This document shows positions 1 through 13,575 of a DNA stretch of 64,000 nucleotides, piece by piece. Each line of letters begins with the position of its first letter. The stretch's first letter is position 1. The stretch is from Mantamonas sphyraenae STR306 (lineage: Eukaryota; Protista; CRuMs): the NCBI GenBank assembly GCA_026936335.1, contig JAPMXV010000033.1, positions 124,001 through 188,000 of the forward strand. Direction: 5' to 3'. Below the pieces are notes generated by a model. That model was not told the DNA's origin. It did not search any database and saw only the letters and a list, made by a program, of their open reading frames with translations. The translations under genes and the position numbers were made by a program.

Positions 1-114
1 CGCCTTTTGCTTGCGTCCTTGGAAGAATGAGTCCCAATACTCCTTGTCCCGGAACTGGGAATACGACTTGGGAAGCAAGGAGGACGACGACGACGACGAT
101 GACGACGACGACAT
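1..114 (-). CDS. METTL13: eEF1A lysine/N-terminal methyltransferase, 5' end (continues beyond the window)
   Basis: Manual translation from ATG 114: MSSSSSSSSSSSLLPKSYSQFRDKEYWDSFFQGRKQKA, which matches the METTL13 N-terminus pattern LLPKS..F...YW..FF..R..KA(FEWYG). Not in the ORF track (too short). Confidence 0.8.
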   Translation of the reverse strand, partial: MSSSSSSSSSSSLLPKSYSQFRDKEYWDSFFQGRKQKA

Positions 115-262
115 GATTTCGATGGTGCGGTGAGGGCATTGGACGTGCTTGGACTTTCTTCCAAACTGCACTTGGGAGATGGGATGGGATGCATTCAATG
201 AGTGAAGTGCGTGGGATTGTGTCACTCGATGGGTCATGTGGGGGTGGGATCCAGGTCGCGCA

Positions 263-1150
263 TCACTTTCCAGGTTCGCCCTTGCTGCTCAGCTGCTTGC
301 TGGTGGCCTCTGCCCACCACTCGAGCACAGCCAGAAACTCCTGGGCACGTCGGTGGTACGCATCGTCGGCAGGGGTGCCATCCTCGTTGGGGAAGGCCTC
401 CCAGATCTTGGGAACCACCAGGGTCTTGGGCGATGCCACCGCTCCCAGCATGCTGAGGTAGTCCAGCAGGGCAGATCCAGCGCGGATTCCAGCAAAAGAG
501 CCACCGCTGTACGTGACCACACCGCTCATCTTGTTGGAATACTCCTTCAGCAGGAAGTTCATCAGGTTCGCCAGCGCGGGGCTGAAAGAATGGTTGTACT
601 CGGGACACACCACAATGATGGCCTGTGCATCATTGATGGTGTCACGGAACTTCTGGAGTGCCTCGGGAACCTCCTCACCCTCCTTATAATCAGAGTAGCG
701 CTTCTTCAGCAGGCCAAACTCGTCATAGTCCAGCGCATCCACAAGCGTGGCTGTGTGGCCACGTCGCTCCACTTCACTGTGCACAAACTTGGCCAGTTTG
801 ATGCCTGCGTGTGTCACAGGGACGGCACTCGGGGGTCAGAGAGACGACGGCCGGAACCGGAACCGGACTAGCGCAACCTTGGCAAAGTTGGCACGAAAAC
901 AATTCCCCGCAAGACGCATGCGACATGTGGAATGGATGAGACACTCACCATGGCGGTTGTTGCGTACACTGCCACAGATGGTGACAATGTTGAGCGGCTC
1001 GTCGGTCGTGCGCTCTGCTTCTGCGATTTTGGAGTCGGTGGTGCTCTGGATTGTGACAAAAACCACGGGATCCGTCACCCCAGCCCCAACGTCAGCACGC
1101 ACACGCAGATGTGGTGTCCCCTCATCGCTCAATCTTGTCACATGACACAT
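263..1150 (-). CDS. NADPH-dependent FMN reductase (flavodoxin-like), 2 exons; start codon uncertain
   Basis: Motifs IVTICGSVR, VVCPEYNHSFSPALANL and YSGGSFAGIRA. Intron 948-805 (GTGAGT...CAG) joins RHG|IKLAK in frame. Confidence 0.85.
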
Positions 1151-1453
1151 CTTCACCCGATTCCACTGACCATGATGGGCTGTTCCTCTGCAAGTTCGGA
1201 TGGGTTGGCAGCCGCAGAAGCCGCACAAGCAGCTATGCACACCACACCACACACCATCAGCCATGCACAGGCACTGGTGGACACTGTGGCAGATCTGACC
1301 ATGGGCTCAATTCAATTGGACAGGGCCTTGTTGAGAAAACAATGTTGTGTTGGCAGGAGCAGTGTGGGTGCATGCATCACCGTTCATCATTGTGTGCTCA
1401 AACAAACAAGCGCACACGTTTCCCCTCCCCTCTTCTCCTCCTCCCCACAAAGC

Positions 1454-3365
1454 TCACTCGGCGGTGTTGATGTTGCGAGGAATCTTCCAGCCAACCTCGT
1501 TGATCCACATGTCGGTAAAGACGTTGCGGAGCTTGGTGACCTCGCCCACAGAGGGGGTCTTGAACATCATCTGGTTGTCAGCAGACGGGTTGTACAGGTT
1601 CCACTTGGCAGGAGCGGTGTGGGGTCCCAGGTTGGGGTTGCCCGAGTGGGCAAAGTTGCCCCAGTACTGCTGGATCGTCTTGGACAGGGTCTCCTCCTCT
1701 GCAGTGACATTGTACATGGTCTGGGCCGTGTTGAACACAAAGGGCAACTCTTCGGCGTGGCACACGTAGTTGTAGCACTCGTAGTACTCGGGTCCCCAGG
1801 CGCCGTTGGGTCCCTTGCCGAAGCTCATCACGTGGTCAAAGAAGTAGCTGTACACGGGCGAGGGCTGTCCGTTGGCCAGCGCATACTTCATGGGAGCAAA
1901 GAACAGGTAATCCGTCCCCACCGGGGCCATGTCCCATCGCGAATCGGTGTGGTTCTGCTCCGGGTACAACTTGGTGATGCTGGGAAGGGCGTGGAAGGGA
2001 AACATGACGGCCAGCACGGCGTCGAGTTCGATGCGGCTCAACGGTTTGGCAAACGCGTCCCAAATGAACATGAGGGCCTCGTCACGCACGGTGCCAATCA
2101 TGATCGGTTTGGGTTGGCGCGTGTTGTTGCGGAACGCATCCAGCGGATCTGCACTGAGCACCTTGTCGTCCACCGTGGGGGTCCAAGGCAGAAACAGTTC
2201 CAACGGGTCGTGGAAGGGAATCTTGTTCTGCGACTTGACCTGTGCTGCCAGCACCTCCTCCACAGACTTGCTCTCCAGGCAGGAACGGCCGCCAGACTCG
2301 CAACCGAGGTCCTTGAAGAACTTCTTGGCCGTCCACTCGGCATCGGCCTTGTCCTTGCACGGCAATCCAATGGGGTTGCTCTCAATGATGGCCTGGTGGA
2401 ACAGATGCTCGGAACCCGGCGCACACAGATGCGACGACGTGGACGTACCTCCTGCACTCTGTCCAAACAGAGTCACACGCGACGCATCGCCACCAAAGGC
2501 CTTGATGTTCTCCTGCACCCAAGTGAGGGCCATCTGCTGGTCGAGCAGGCCAAAGTTGCCTCCTCCCAGCACCTCCTCGCTGTACGCCCATCCCAGGGCT
2601 CCCAGACGATAGTTGATGGTCACCAGGATCACGTCGGTGTAGTTGGTCAGGAAACGACCGTCGTACAGGCTGACCCCGGCAGTGCCCTGCTCAAAGCGGC
2701 CACCCGGGATGAAAACCATCACTGGCGACGGCGAGTCTCCAGACGAAAGCGGCGTGTACACGTTCAGCGTGAGACAGTCTTCCGTGGTCTTTGGCGGACA
2801 CGTGTGCGGCGGCAGCTGGCAGTTCTGCGGGCATCCCGGAGCTGCTCAAAGGCGGTGGGTACGCCGTGTGGGAGCCCTGTGTGAGTACACGCAAGGTTTG
2901 GTTCCTCAACGTTTGTTGCAATTTTCAAGGCAAAAACAACAGGCAACCCTGGCGGCACACTGTGACGTGGACAAGGGCAAGGGATAGGCGGGATCGATGG
3001 CTGGGTGGGTGGCCATGGCATGGGGCGGCACAAGGAAAGTACATACCAAACTGGGTGGCGTTGAACACATAGCCAAAGGGCACCTGAGCTGTCGGAGGGC
3101 GCCAGCGACGGCTGCCAACGGGGGGCAGGGCATAGGGGATGCCAAGGAAGGCACGGTGGGTTTCGTACACAAGGCCTCGAATGCGCCCTGCGGGGGCATC
3201 GACGATATCGGTGTCTGTGGCCGGCTGGCGGTCGTCAAACGGGTTGCTGGGCCACGGGGCATGACCGCGCAGCAGCTGCGAGGACGCCTGGGCAGGACTG
3301 CCCATGAGAGCGACCGCAAACAGGACACACACCGCCACAGAGACGACAAAGGTGGCACGCGACAT
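1454..3365 (-). CDS. Secreted type-B carboxylesterase / cholinesterase-like, 2 exons
   Basis: Signal peptide, FLGIPYALPPVG, EDCLTLNVY, GGRF, FGQSAGG nucleophile elbow and CHAEEL. Intron 3046-2842 (GTATGT...CAG) restores QF|APGCPQ. Confidence 0.92.
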
Positions 3366-3439
3366 GAGTGAGGGTGGGTTCGTTTTTTGGTTGCATCGAC
3401 CAGCGCGCAACTCAGGCCAAATCAAGTCGGGTTGGAGAG

Positions 3440-6089
3440 ATGGCAACGTTGGGCACAAGCACCAACACATCGACGACGTCGATCGGCAGTGCGGCCAGCC
3501 ATGGATCGCAACAGCAGCAGCAGCAGACGATGATGCAGATGCAGATGCAGGTGCAGCAGCCGCAGTCGTACGACTTTACGCATACGGTGGACGTCACCTT
3601 TTCGGATGTCAACTACGAGTTGACCCTGAACATCAGCAAGACGGTGTTGTGTGTGGAGCTGGAAGATGTGGAGACGCAGGAGCGATGGAAGGGGGTGTTC
3701 AGTGCCTCGTGTACGTTGTTGTTGTTTGTGTGGATGGGTGTGCACCGCATGCGCATGAGGGCGGGTGGCGGGGGGTACTCTCTGTGATGCACCACTGACA
3801 TCCACACACTGCTGGCACGTTGTTCTAAAAGACGTGGAACACATCACCACACGCACAGGCAGCTTCAAACGCTTCACCGTGTTTATCAAGATGCTGGTGC
3901 ATGCGTTGTCGGACGAAGAGGACAGCATTGTGTACATCGATCTGTTGACCTACGACGATTTGAAAGCGTTGCAGCAGAGCCATCTGGGAACGTCGTCCAA
4001 GTGAGTTGTGTGTGTCGGATTTTCGCAGCCCTTTGCACACACTCACGTATCGCTCACGCACCACACCCATTGCACACCCATCTTCCCCCCTTCCCCCCAC
4101 AGCGTGTCGGAAACCAACACAAGCACAAGGTGAGTGAGGGTGTCTGTGGCGCGTTGCAACGTGGGTGTTTTTGGCGCGCGTGTGTGTGTCGTCACAGTTG
4201 GGTTTTCCACCGGTCAAAATTGGCGCGGGAACTGACACGACGTTGTACACAGCGAGCTGCGTTCGGGCAAAAGCAACAACAAGCGCTACCTGATCCTGAG
4301 CTACGTGAGCGACTTTGACCGCATCCACTACCCGTTGCCGCTGAATGCAGATGAGCACCCGGACCCGGAGAGTCTGAAAGCACAAATCCGGCGGCTGCGG
4401 GAACAGCTCCTGGTGGCGCAAACGGACGGGGCCGGCGAGGAGACGCAGGAGGGCCAAGAGTCGCAGCAGAATGTACAGGGACAAGGTGGGGCAAGCAAGG
4501 GTGGCGTGGCCGGTGCGGGGCTGGCCAAGATGTTGGAGGAGGTCAAGACGTTGCGCGAGGAGAATCGGGCGTACAAAGATCGGCTTGCGGGCCTGCTGGA
4601 ACACATGGCACGTGTGCCCAGTGCATCCGAGGGGGTTGCGCATGACCGTGCGGTGCAGGCAGAGTTGGATGGGTTGCGCATCCGTCTGCGTGAGGCGGTG
4701 GAGGACGCGCAGCAGTGGCGTCGCAACGCCGAAACGGCCAGTGCCCTGAGTGACAAGTTGGAAAACCAGGTGGAAGTGCTTGCGGCCGAGTTGAATGCCC
4801 AACGTGCCGATGGTGGTGCGGGAGGCAGTGGTGGAGGCAACGGTGGTGGCGAGGAGAAGAGGCAGGTGCGTGCCCTGAAGCAGCAGGTGGACAGTATGCG
4901 TAAGGCCATCGACAGCGAACAGGCTTCACATGCCAAAGAGGTGCACAAGGTGAAGAAGGAAAACGCGGCGTTGCGGAAGCAGCTGGACGAGGCCAAGAAG
5001 CTGGAGGAGAGGTTGCGTGCCAAGATTCGCTCGCTTCGCAATGCCAACGGAGGCTCCGCCGCACGTGCCAGTCGATACACAAAGGGCCGTTCCAGCAGTG
5101 TGGAATCGCGCGACGGTGGCAGTGGCAGTGGCAGTGGCAGTGGCAGTGGCACAGTGACGAAATCAGGCACGCCGTCGTCCACGTCGTCGTCGCGCGGCAG
5201 GCGGCGCACACCGCGTTCGCGCAGCAACACGGCAGGCAGCAACACGTCCGGCGGAAGCGGACGACGCGGCCGCTCGCGTGTGCGTTCCAGGCTGTACGAG
5301 TCGACGGCAGCGTCGCGTGCTCGGTCGCGTTCCAACTCGCGCGATTCGCGCGTGTCGGACGAGGGTGGAAGCAAGCACGGTGCAAAGTCGACTCAGCGAC
5401 GACGCACGCCTTCGAGACACCGTTCGCCATCGCCTGTGACGGGCAGTGGATACAGCTCGGGCGAGGGAGGGGGCACTCCAGGACGCTTTGATCCGACCGC
5501 GTACGTGCAGGAACGCAGGCGCAAGTTGGAGGAGCGAAAGAGAAAGGCACACGAGAAGAAGATGCGTGAACGCGGCTTGACGCCGTCGTCGTCGTCGTCG
5601 TCGTCGTCGGCTCGTCGCGCGCGCTCGAAATCGCGTTCCCGATCACGTTCCCGTCCGCCCAGCGCACGCAAGGAGTCACGCGGAAGCAGTGGCACAACAG
5701 CGTCACGCAAGGGTTCGGGACACAGTGGAGGTGGAGGTGGAGGTGGAGGTGCAGGAAAGACAAGGACGGCGTGGGGAAGTGGAAAGGGTGGCGGGACGCC
5801 GCCGCCGCGAGACACACGACGCAAGCATCGAGCAAACACACCGGGGGACTCGGCACGCAAGGGAAAGGGCAAGGCTCACGATGTGGTGCTCAGCAACTCT
5901 GCGTTTGTGGACGTGGAGGACGATGGGCCCACAAAGACACCCGTGCGTGGAGCAAACTCGTCAGGATCGGCGGGCGGAGGCGGCGCGTATGCCACCGCCA
6001 ACATTGCAGACATTGACGCACGACTGAATGCACTCAAGAACATGCTGGCTGTGGCCAAGAGTCAAGGAGTGCAGGGTGGGGAGCAATGA
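3440..6089 (+). CDS. CCDC61: Centrosomal protein CCDC61/VFL3 (SAS-6-like head + coiled coil + basic tail), multi-exon; start 3440 or 3529
   Basis: Spliced translation gives VELED...RWKGVF, YVEHITTRTGSFKRF, IDLLTYDDL and KRYLILSYVSDFDRIHYPLPL, then a coiled coil, RFDPTAYV and DIDARLNAL. Confidence 0.9.
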
Positions 6090-6270
6090 GTGTTGTTTTG
6101 ATCGACGTAATCGCAGAATGCAAGCCATCTGAAGTGTGTGTGTGTGTGTGGGTGGTCATGACCATCTTCGACTGTTCATGTCCACGCTCGTCATGCTCTG
6201 CTCAATCAACCACCCACAGCTCGAGCGGATCCACCCTTTTTCCATCTCGCACACATCCGACGAAATCAGA

Positions 6271-9200
6271 ATGGAATCCACTGCCCAAGACGAAATCCCC
6301 GACGTGCTGGACTCGGAGCTGTCGCAGCAGATGACGGTGGTCATGAACGACGAGGGGGGCTGGCTTGAAGACGCCAGCTACGCTGACTATCAGGAGGCGC
6401 AGTACAAGCAGTTCCGCGATGAGATGCGCAAGAAGCACAAAGGCGTACGTGAGCAATTTGCAGAGAGGGCGACAGAGGCGAGTGGGGGGGATTGGGGGGG
6501 GGACGGAGAGGCAAGGGCCAGGAAGGAAAGGAGGAGAGGAGGGTGACAACGAAAAACGCAAACGTCCAAGAGCACTCACTCACGCGTGTGCACGGCACGC
6601 ACGACACGACACACAGAAGAAGCGATGGCAGTCTCTGTCTTCCAAGTGGAAGACCGTGTATGCGTTGCGTGGCGACAGTGCGCTGGATCTGCATGCGCAG
6701 GCGGCCAAGGAAAACCAGGAGCACGGGCTGGTGGACGGGTACAGCACCGAATACTGCCGGGTGAGCCAGAGCGACGTGGGCGTCGAGTACGACCGCGAAA
6801 CGGTGCAAGCATGCAAAGAGATCCACGCTTCCCTTGCCCTGCGCACCAAGTATGCCGAGGTGAGCCGTGCACCCGTGGAGGGGGTGTCGTCGGCGTCGGA
6901 GCTGACGGCGTCGTTTGACGGCAGCTCTTTTGTGCTGGAGGACGGCACGGGCAAGGTGGTGGCACAACCAACGCCGCTGACCGACTTTATGGAGGACGTG
7001 GCGAGTGTGATGGGAGCCCACGGCTCGGGTGTGGTCACATCGTTTGCGAAACGTCAGCTGGGGTCGTTGAGCACCAAGTTTGCGCTGTACAACATGCTCA
7101 ACGACAACCTGGAACTGGAGGCCACACGAAACGACCCGCGGGACTTTTTCAATGTCTACAAGGTGGACGGCAACGTGCACCTGACCTCATGCATGACGTC
7201 GCAACACCTGACCGACTTTATCCGTCGCAAGGTGCAAGAGTGTGGCGACGACGTGGTGCTCCTGCGTGCCAACGGCCAGGAGGAGGTGACACTGGCCCAG
7301 GTTGCGGAAAGCCTGCACCTGGACACCGAAGGCATCACTGTGGACTCGCTGGATGTGATGGCGGACCAGACTCTGTTCCGTCGCTTCGATCGCTTCAACG
7401 AGAAGCTCAACCCGTGTGGCCATCCGGAATTGCGGGAGATCTTTATGAAGACACACAACCACATTGGGGGCCGGTACCTGGCGGAGCTCGTGCGTGAGGT
7501 GATCGATGGACTGGAGGCCAACCAGCAGCACGCCATGTTCAAGGTCAGTGTGTACGGACGGCACCCGGAGGAGTGGGATCAAGTGGCCCATTGGGTGGTG
7601 GACAACAACCTGCTCTCGGAGTGTGTGACGTGGTGTGTGCAGGTGCCGCGGTTGTTTTCCACGCTGCAGGCAGAGGCGGAAACGGAGGTGCAGTGTTTTG
7701 CCGACGTGCTGCGCAACCTGTTCCAGCCCCTGTTGGACGTGACGTTGCATCCGGAGAGCAACGAGACGCTGGCTACGTTTGTGAGCATGCTGGGTTCGTT
7801 TGACTGCGTGGACGACGAGAGCAAGTACGAGTACCACTTTACGCGCGATCGCATGCCACCATCACCCATCGAGTGGACCATGTCCACAAACCCTCCCTTT
7901 CTGTACTACATGTACCACCTGTGGGCCAACTTGACCACGGTGAACCGTGCGCGTGTGTTGCAAGGGCAGCGTGCGATTGAACTGGTGCCTCACGCTGGCA
8001 TGGCTGGCAACCTGAACCACCTTGGCACCGCCTTTCTGCTCTGCGACGGCGTCAACCACGGCGTACAACTGTCCAACTCGGCCGTGCTTGAGTACCTCTT
8101 TTACCTCGCACAGGTGCCCATTGCCATGTCGCCGTTGGCAAACAACTCCATCTTTGTGTCGTACCAGAACAATCCGTTCCGCTCCATGTTTGATCGCGGT
8201 CTCAACGTCAGCCTGGCCACCGATGACCCGCTGCAGTTCCACTACACGCCGCGCCCGCTGATGGAGGAGTACAGCGTGGCAGCGCAGGTGTGGAAGATGA
8301 ACCAAGTCGATCTCAGCGAGGTGGCACGCAATTCCGTGGCTTCGGCACCCATCTCAGACACCCTCAAGGCTGCCAAGTTGGGACCCAACTGGGCCAAGGG
8401 AGGCGTCCAAGGCAACGACGTTGCCTACAGCAACCTGCCCAACGTGCGAGTGGCCTTTCGCCAACACAACCTGGAGGACGAATTGAATCTGATCCAGCGT
8501 GTGGCCGACGACGAGGTGGGCACTGGTGGTGGCAGCAGCAGCAGCAGCAGCAGTGACAGCTCGGAGAGTGTGCGTGTGGTGGTGGCCGACGCAGAGTATG
8601 CGACGAGACGGGAAGATCACGAGAGTGCGTCGATGCTGCTGGATGCACTGGCCAAGCGACGCAAGTACATGCTGCAGGACAAGAGTGTGGTGGAGGACGA
8701 GGCGGAGTTGGCACGGTACGGATACGTCATGGTGGATGGCGTGCATCAGATCACGCTGGATGGCAAGCCCGTGAGCGAACTGGACGACGACGAGGGCGAC
8801 CAGGTCGGTGCCGGTTGCCGTGTGACGCCTCTGTTTGAGTTTCTGGACGACCTGCAACTGTTGCAACACATGTGCCTGGACGGCCCTGTCAAGAGCTACA
8901 GCTACCGTCGCATGAAGTTTTTGGACCACGTGTGGACGCTGCACGTGAACTGGAACGCGGAGCAGGAGAAGCGTGAGCAGGCGGCGTTCCAACGCGACTT
9001 TTACAACGTGACCAAGGTGGACAACCACGTGCACCTGGCGTCGGCGATGACGGCACGGCAGCTGATGCGGTTCATCAAGAACAAGGTGGTGGAGGAGGGC
9101 GACACGGTGGTGTACACGGACAAGGCCAGCGGCGAGGACATGACACTGCAGGCACTGTTTGAGAGCATCGGGGTGCCGTTGGAGGCGTTCAACGTGGCCA

Positions 9201-10384
9201 CCATGGATGTGATGGCCGACCGCAGCACGTTTCAACGCTTCGATCGCTTCAACGCAAAGTACAGCCCGGCAGGCAACAGCGCGATGCGGGAGGTGTTTAT
9301 GAAGACGGGCAACAAGATCGGAGGACGTTACTTTGCAGAGGTGACACGCACGATGCTGGACACGCTGGAGGAGAACGGATCGTCGATGGCCGAGTACCGC
9401 ATCTCCATCTACGGCAAGAGCCCAAGCGAGTGGGACAAGCTTGCGGATTGGGTGGTGGACAACAAGCTGTACTCCACCCACAACCGCTTCATGATCCAGT
9501 TTCCGCGGCTGTTTAGCATCCTGAAGGATGTGATGCACGCGGTGAGCAACTTTGAGGAGATGATGAGCCATGTGTTTGAGCCGCTGTTTGCAGTGACACT
9601 GGATCCGTCGTCGAATCCAAAGCTGGCGACGCTGTTGGAACACATCAGCGGGTTTGACAGCGTGGATGACGAAAGCAAGCTGGAGCGGCAGCCGAACCGG
9701 TTCAACGTGCCGGAACGTGCACGGGAGTGGACGATGAGCGAGAACCCGCCGTACAACTACTACCTGTACTACCTGTGGGCCAACACACGCACACTGAACC
9801 GACTGCGTGCGATGCGCGGACTGAACACATTTGACATCCGTCCGCACAGCGGCGAGGCCGGCCACCCGGGTCACCTGAGCGGGTGCTTCTTCCTGGCGGA
9901 TGGCATCAACCATGGCATCAAGTTGCACCTGTCGCCCACACTGCAGTACTTGTACTACCTGGCGCAGATTGGCGTGGCGGTGTCCCCGCTGAGCAACAAC
10001 TCGCTGTTTCTGGAGTACAAGGCGAACCCGTTCCCCAAGTTCTTCCGGCGCGGCCTCAACGTGAGTCTGACCACGGACGACCCGCTGCAGTTCCACTTTA
10101 CGGAACAGCCGCTGGTGGAGGAGTACAGCGTGGCGGCACAGGTGTGGAAGCTGAGCAACGTGGACGTGTGCGAGATTGCGCAGAACAGCGTGGTGCAGAG
10201 CGGCCTGACGACGGCCACCAAGAAGAAGCTGCTTGGAGAGGACTTTGAGCGCGAGTTTGACGCGTTGCCGACAGGTGTGGACGCAAGCATGACCAGTGTG
10301 CCGCCCTGTAGGCAGCAGTACCGCGCAGAGACTCTGGCGCGCGAGTTGGAGACCCTGCGTGCGCTCGACGGCAGCGAGGAGTGA
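6271..10384 (+). CDS. AMPD: AMP deaminase with two tandem AMPD domains; intron 6445-6616
   Basis: Two copies each of RDF.NV.KVD..VH, FDRFN.K, FD.VDDESK, PH.G.AG, NHG and TDDPLQFH...L.EEYS. Confidence 0.95.
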
Positions 10385-10498
10385 TGTGGGAGGGTGATGT
10401 GTGTGTGTGTGTGGGTGGTGGGGGGTTTTAAAGTCGATGTGTGCGAGAGCGCGCGTCCATGCAACCCCTCTCAAAAAAAGGAGCCCCAAAAAAACGCT

Positions 10499-13289
10499 AT
10501 GTTTTCTCGCAACATTCGCAACGGTGGGTTGTCTGTGTGTGTGTGTGTGTGTGATGCAAAGGAAACTGCATGTCGAGTGCTGCAATGTGCAGTGGGGGAG
10601 TGGGACGGGCAGTGTGGGAAGGTCGGTGTGTGTGCTTGCAGGAAGGTACGAACGCTGACACCGCACAAAAAAAACCAACCGCGCGCGCTTCGCAGCCAGC
10701 AAGCCCCTGAACGCCGCACGTGCGTTCTCGACATCCAGCACCGCCGCTGACCATGTCAGCGATGCCATGACGGTGATCCGTGAGAACCAGTTTGTGGACT
10801 TTCGCTTCACCGATCTGAGTAAGTGGGCAAAGAGGGCCTGAGGAGGGTTGCCACAAATTTGAGAGGGTTCTTTCCACCGCGTGCGAAGGGTGCACGCGCG
10901 TGTGTGTGCGTGTGTGTGGGCGAACCAACCTGCGTGTGGCGCGGTCCGCGGTGAAGGACGTCCAGATGCTGACACGTGAAACGGTGGCATGGCCACGTGC
11001 GGCCGCTTGTTTGCGCAAACGCCTGCGACACGGGCTCCTCGCAAAACCGCGTGTTGTTTGCTGGTGACGCTGCGGCTCCTTTTCTGCTCAGACGGCACCT
11101 GGCACCACATGACGTAAGTGAACGTGCAATCGCAATGTGCGACGCGGCGTGTGTGCATGCATGCCATGCATCCCGCAAATGCGCGTGGCCGTGTGTGAGG
11201 GCGCATGTCAGGCGTTTGCCGTGTGTTTGGAGACAAAAGCCTCGGACAAAAAGAGGACGCCGGGTTTTCGGGATCACACGCCGCCTCCTGGCCCCTCCCC
11301 GCCGCGCTTCTACAGCGTGTCCTCGCCGCGTGCACTCCAGAGCATGAAGGGCACATGCATGGCAAGGGCACAGGCGGGTGGGTGTGTGCAAGCAATATGC
11401 ATAGCGTGTCCTACGCAGGAATTTGGCGGTATGGGCAGCGCGGACATTGCTGACACGAAACGTTTCTCTGTGCGCGCGCCGTTTGTTCCATACAGCTTCC
11501 CGTCGCGTGAGATCGAGGAGGGCGTGTTTGAGAACGGTAGGAGGACCAGCAAGGGGGCGGGAACCATGTGCGCATGAAGGCGTATCGTGTCCAGGAGAGG
11601 GAGGCGGGCACAGAAGGAAACTCGCTGACACTCGGGACGGAAAACCTTCCCAGGCATCGCCTTTGACGGCAGCTCTGTGATTGGCTGGAAGGCCATCAAC
11701 GAGTCGGATATGGTGTTCCTGCCGGACCCGGCTACGGTGAAGAAGGTATGCAGAGGCACAATGCGCAGACCACAGTGTGCATGCGTGGGTGAGGGATGGA
11801 AGAAAGGGAGAAAGTTGGGGAAACACAAGATGATTCCGGAAGCCAGAAGAAAATCGCCGAAAACAGGCGGAGGAGGCAGAGTTTGCTGACACAGGCACGT
11901 GCGGATGGCATGCGAATCGACGACAGGACCCGTTCACGGCCCACTCCACGGCTGTGGCCATCTGTGACATCAAGGAAGTGAGCGGCGAGAGCTATGCGCG
12001 CGACCCGCGTGCGGTTCTGGCCAAGACCAACGACTTTGTCGCTTCGTCAGGCGCCGCCTCGTTTGTCAACGTGGGCCCCGAGGGAGAGTTTTTCATGTTT
12101 GACGGGTGAGTTGTACATTCAGGGATGGGTGAGAGTGAGTGAGTGACCTCTCTGACACCGCAGCGACCAAAATCCACAACACCGTTCCCACACGACACTC
12201 TCGCCAGTGTGCGCATCAAGAACGACCCCAACTCGGCCATGTTCGACCTGCATTCGGACGAGGCTTTCTGGTGCTCGGACGCCGACGAGTTTGGCCAGGG
12301 CAACCTGGGCATGAAGATCCAGGCCAAGGGCGGCTACTTCCCCGTCCCGCCCACGGACAAGTTGAACGTAAGTTGACGACGGCATAGGCGATGCGATTGG
12401 ACGAAGGACTTGGGCAGGGGAGAAGGAGACTCACACCCTCACGCACACACAGGATGTTCGCAACGACATGGTTCTGGCCATGGAGGAGCTGGGTCTGAAC
12501 GTGGAGGCAGCTCACCACGAGGTGGGTGTGGCACAGTGCGAGATTGACATCCGCTTCGACAAGCTGCTGGCCATTGCGGACAAGTGGCAGTGGTACAAGC
12601 ACTGCGTGCGCAACGTGGCATACAACCACGGCAAGCTGGCCACATTCATGGCCAAGCCGCTGTTTGGTGACAACGGCAGTGGCATGCATTGCCACGTGAG
12701 CTTCCACAGCGAGGACGGCACCAACCAGTTCCTGGGCGAGGGACCCGCCGGTCTCAGCGAGCAGGCCCTGCACTTTGTGGGCGGCCTGCAGGCACACGCA
12801 CGCGCCCTGTGTGTGCTCACCAACCCGACCACCAACTCGTACAAGCGTCTGGTGCCGGGCTTTGAGGCACCCACAAACATTGTGTACAGCGCCTGCAACC
12901 GCAGCGCAGCCATCCGCATCCCCAACAGCCACCCCAAGGCTCGCCGCCTGGAGTACCGTACCCCGGACCCCACTGCCAACCCGTACCTTGCCTTCAGCGC
13001 CATCATCATGGCTGGTATGGACGGCATCATCAACAAGCTCGACCCGGGCATGCCCACCGACGTCGATCTCTACGAGCTGAGCCCCGAGGAGCTGGGCGAC
13101 ATTGTGCAGGCTCCGGCTTCCCTCGACGAGGCCGTCGATGCCCTCAAGGGCGACCGTGCTTGGCTCGAGGCCGGCAACGTGTTCTCCCCGGATCTCGTTG
13201 ACAAGATCATCGAACTCAAGTCCGACGAGTGCTCCATTGTCAACCAGCGCCCGCACCCCATGGAGTTCCAGATGTACATGGGCCGTTAA
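10499..13289 (+). CDS. glnA: Glutamine synthetase type I-beta (bacterial GlnA-like), 8 exons, with a predicted mitochondrial presequence
   Basis: Exons splice in frame to [23 protein letters not shown]...[75 protein letters not shown] and [14 protein letters not shown]. Confidence 0.93.
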
Positions 13290-13575
13290 GTTCTGCGCCT
13301 GTGTGTGTAGTGTGTTGTGTCGTGTGTGTGTTTGCGTGCGTGTGGGCGGCGGGGCCATCATGCGCACAGCTCGCAAACGAGCTGTGTTTCAACGCCACAT
13401 TGGCAGCCACCAACAAACGAAACTCCCCCCCAACCCCGCCATGTGTGTTCCAGGCACGTTCAATGTGTGTCCTGTCTGTTTGTTGCATTCGTAGCTGCAT
13501 TGTGGTGTGGGATCTGATCCTGTGTGTGTGTGGATGCCATGCGCTGCGCAAGGGCTGCCACCTGAAACACAAAAA

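Noticed and set aside
932-2884. 650-aa + strand ORF
   Set aside because: Antisense shadow of the GC3-rich carboxylesterase gene; no motifs.
10641-10644. 4-nt micro-exon (CAG|GAAG|GTACG) in GS intron 1
   Set aside because: Including it breaks the frame; direct splicing gives a sensible presequence.
8354-11395. 1013-aa - strand ORF
   Set aside because: Antisense shadow of AMPD. The same applies to 28649-30937, 58526-60520 and 61688-63178.
10499-13289. Bacterial contamination explaining glnA or the TnpB-like genes
   Set aside because: They carry spliceosomal introns and are embedded among eukaryotic genes.
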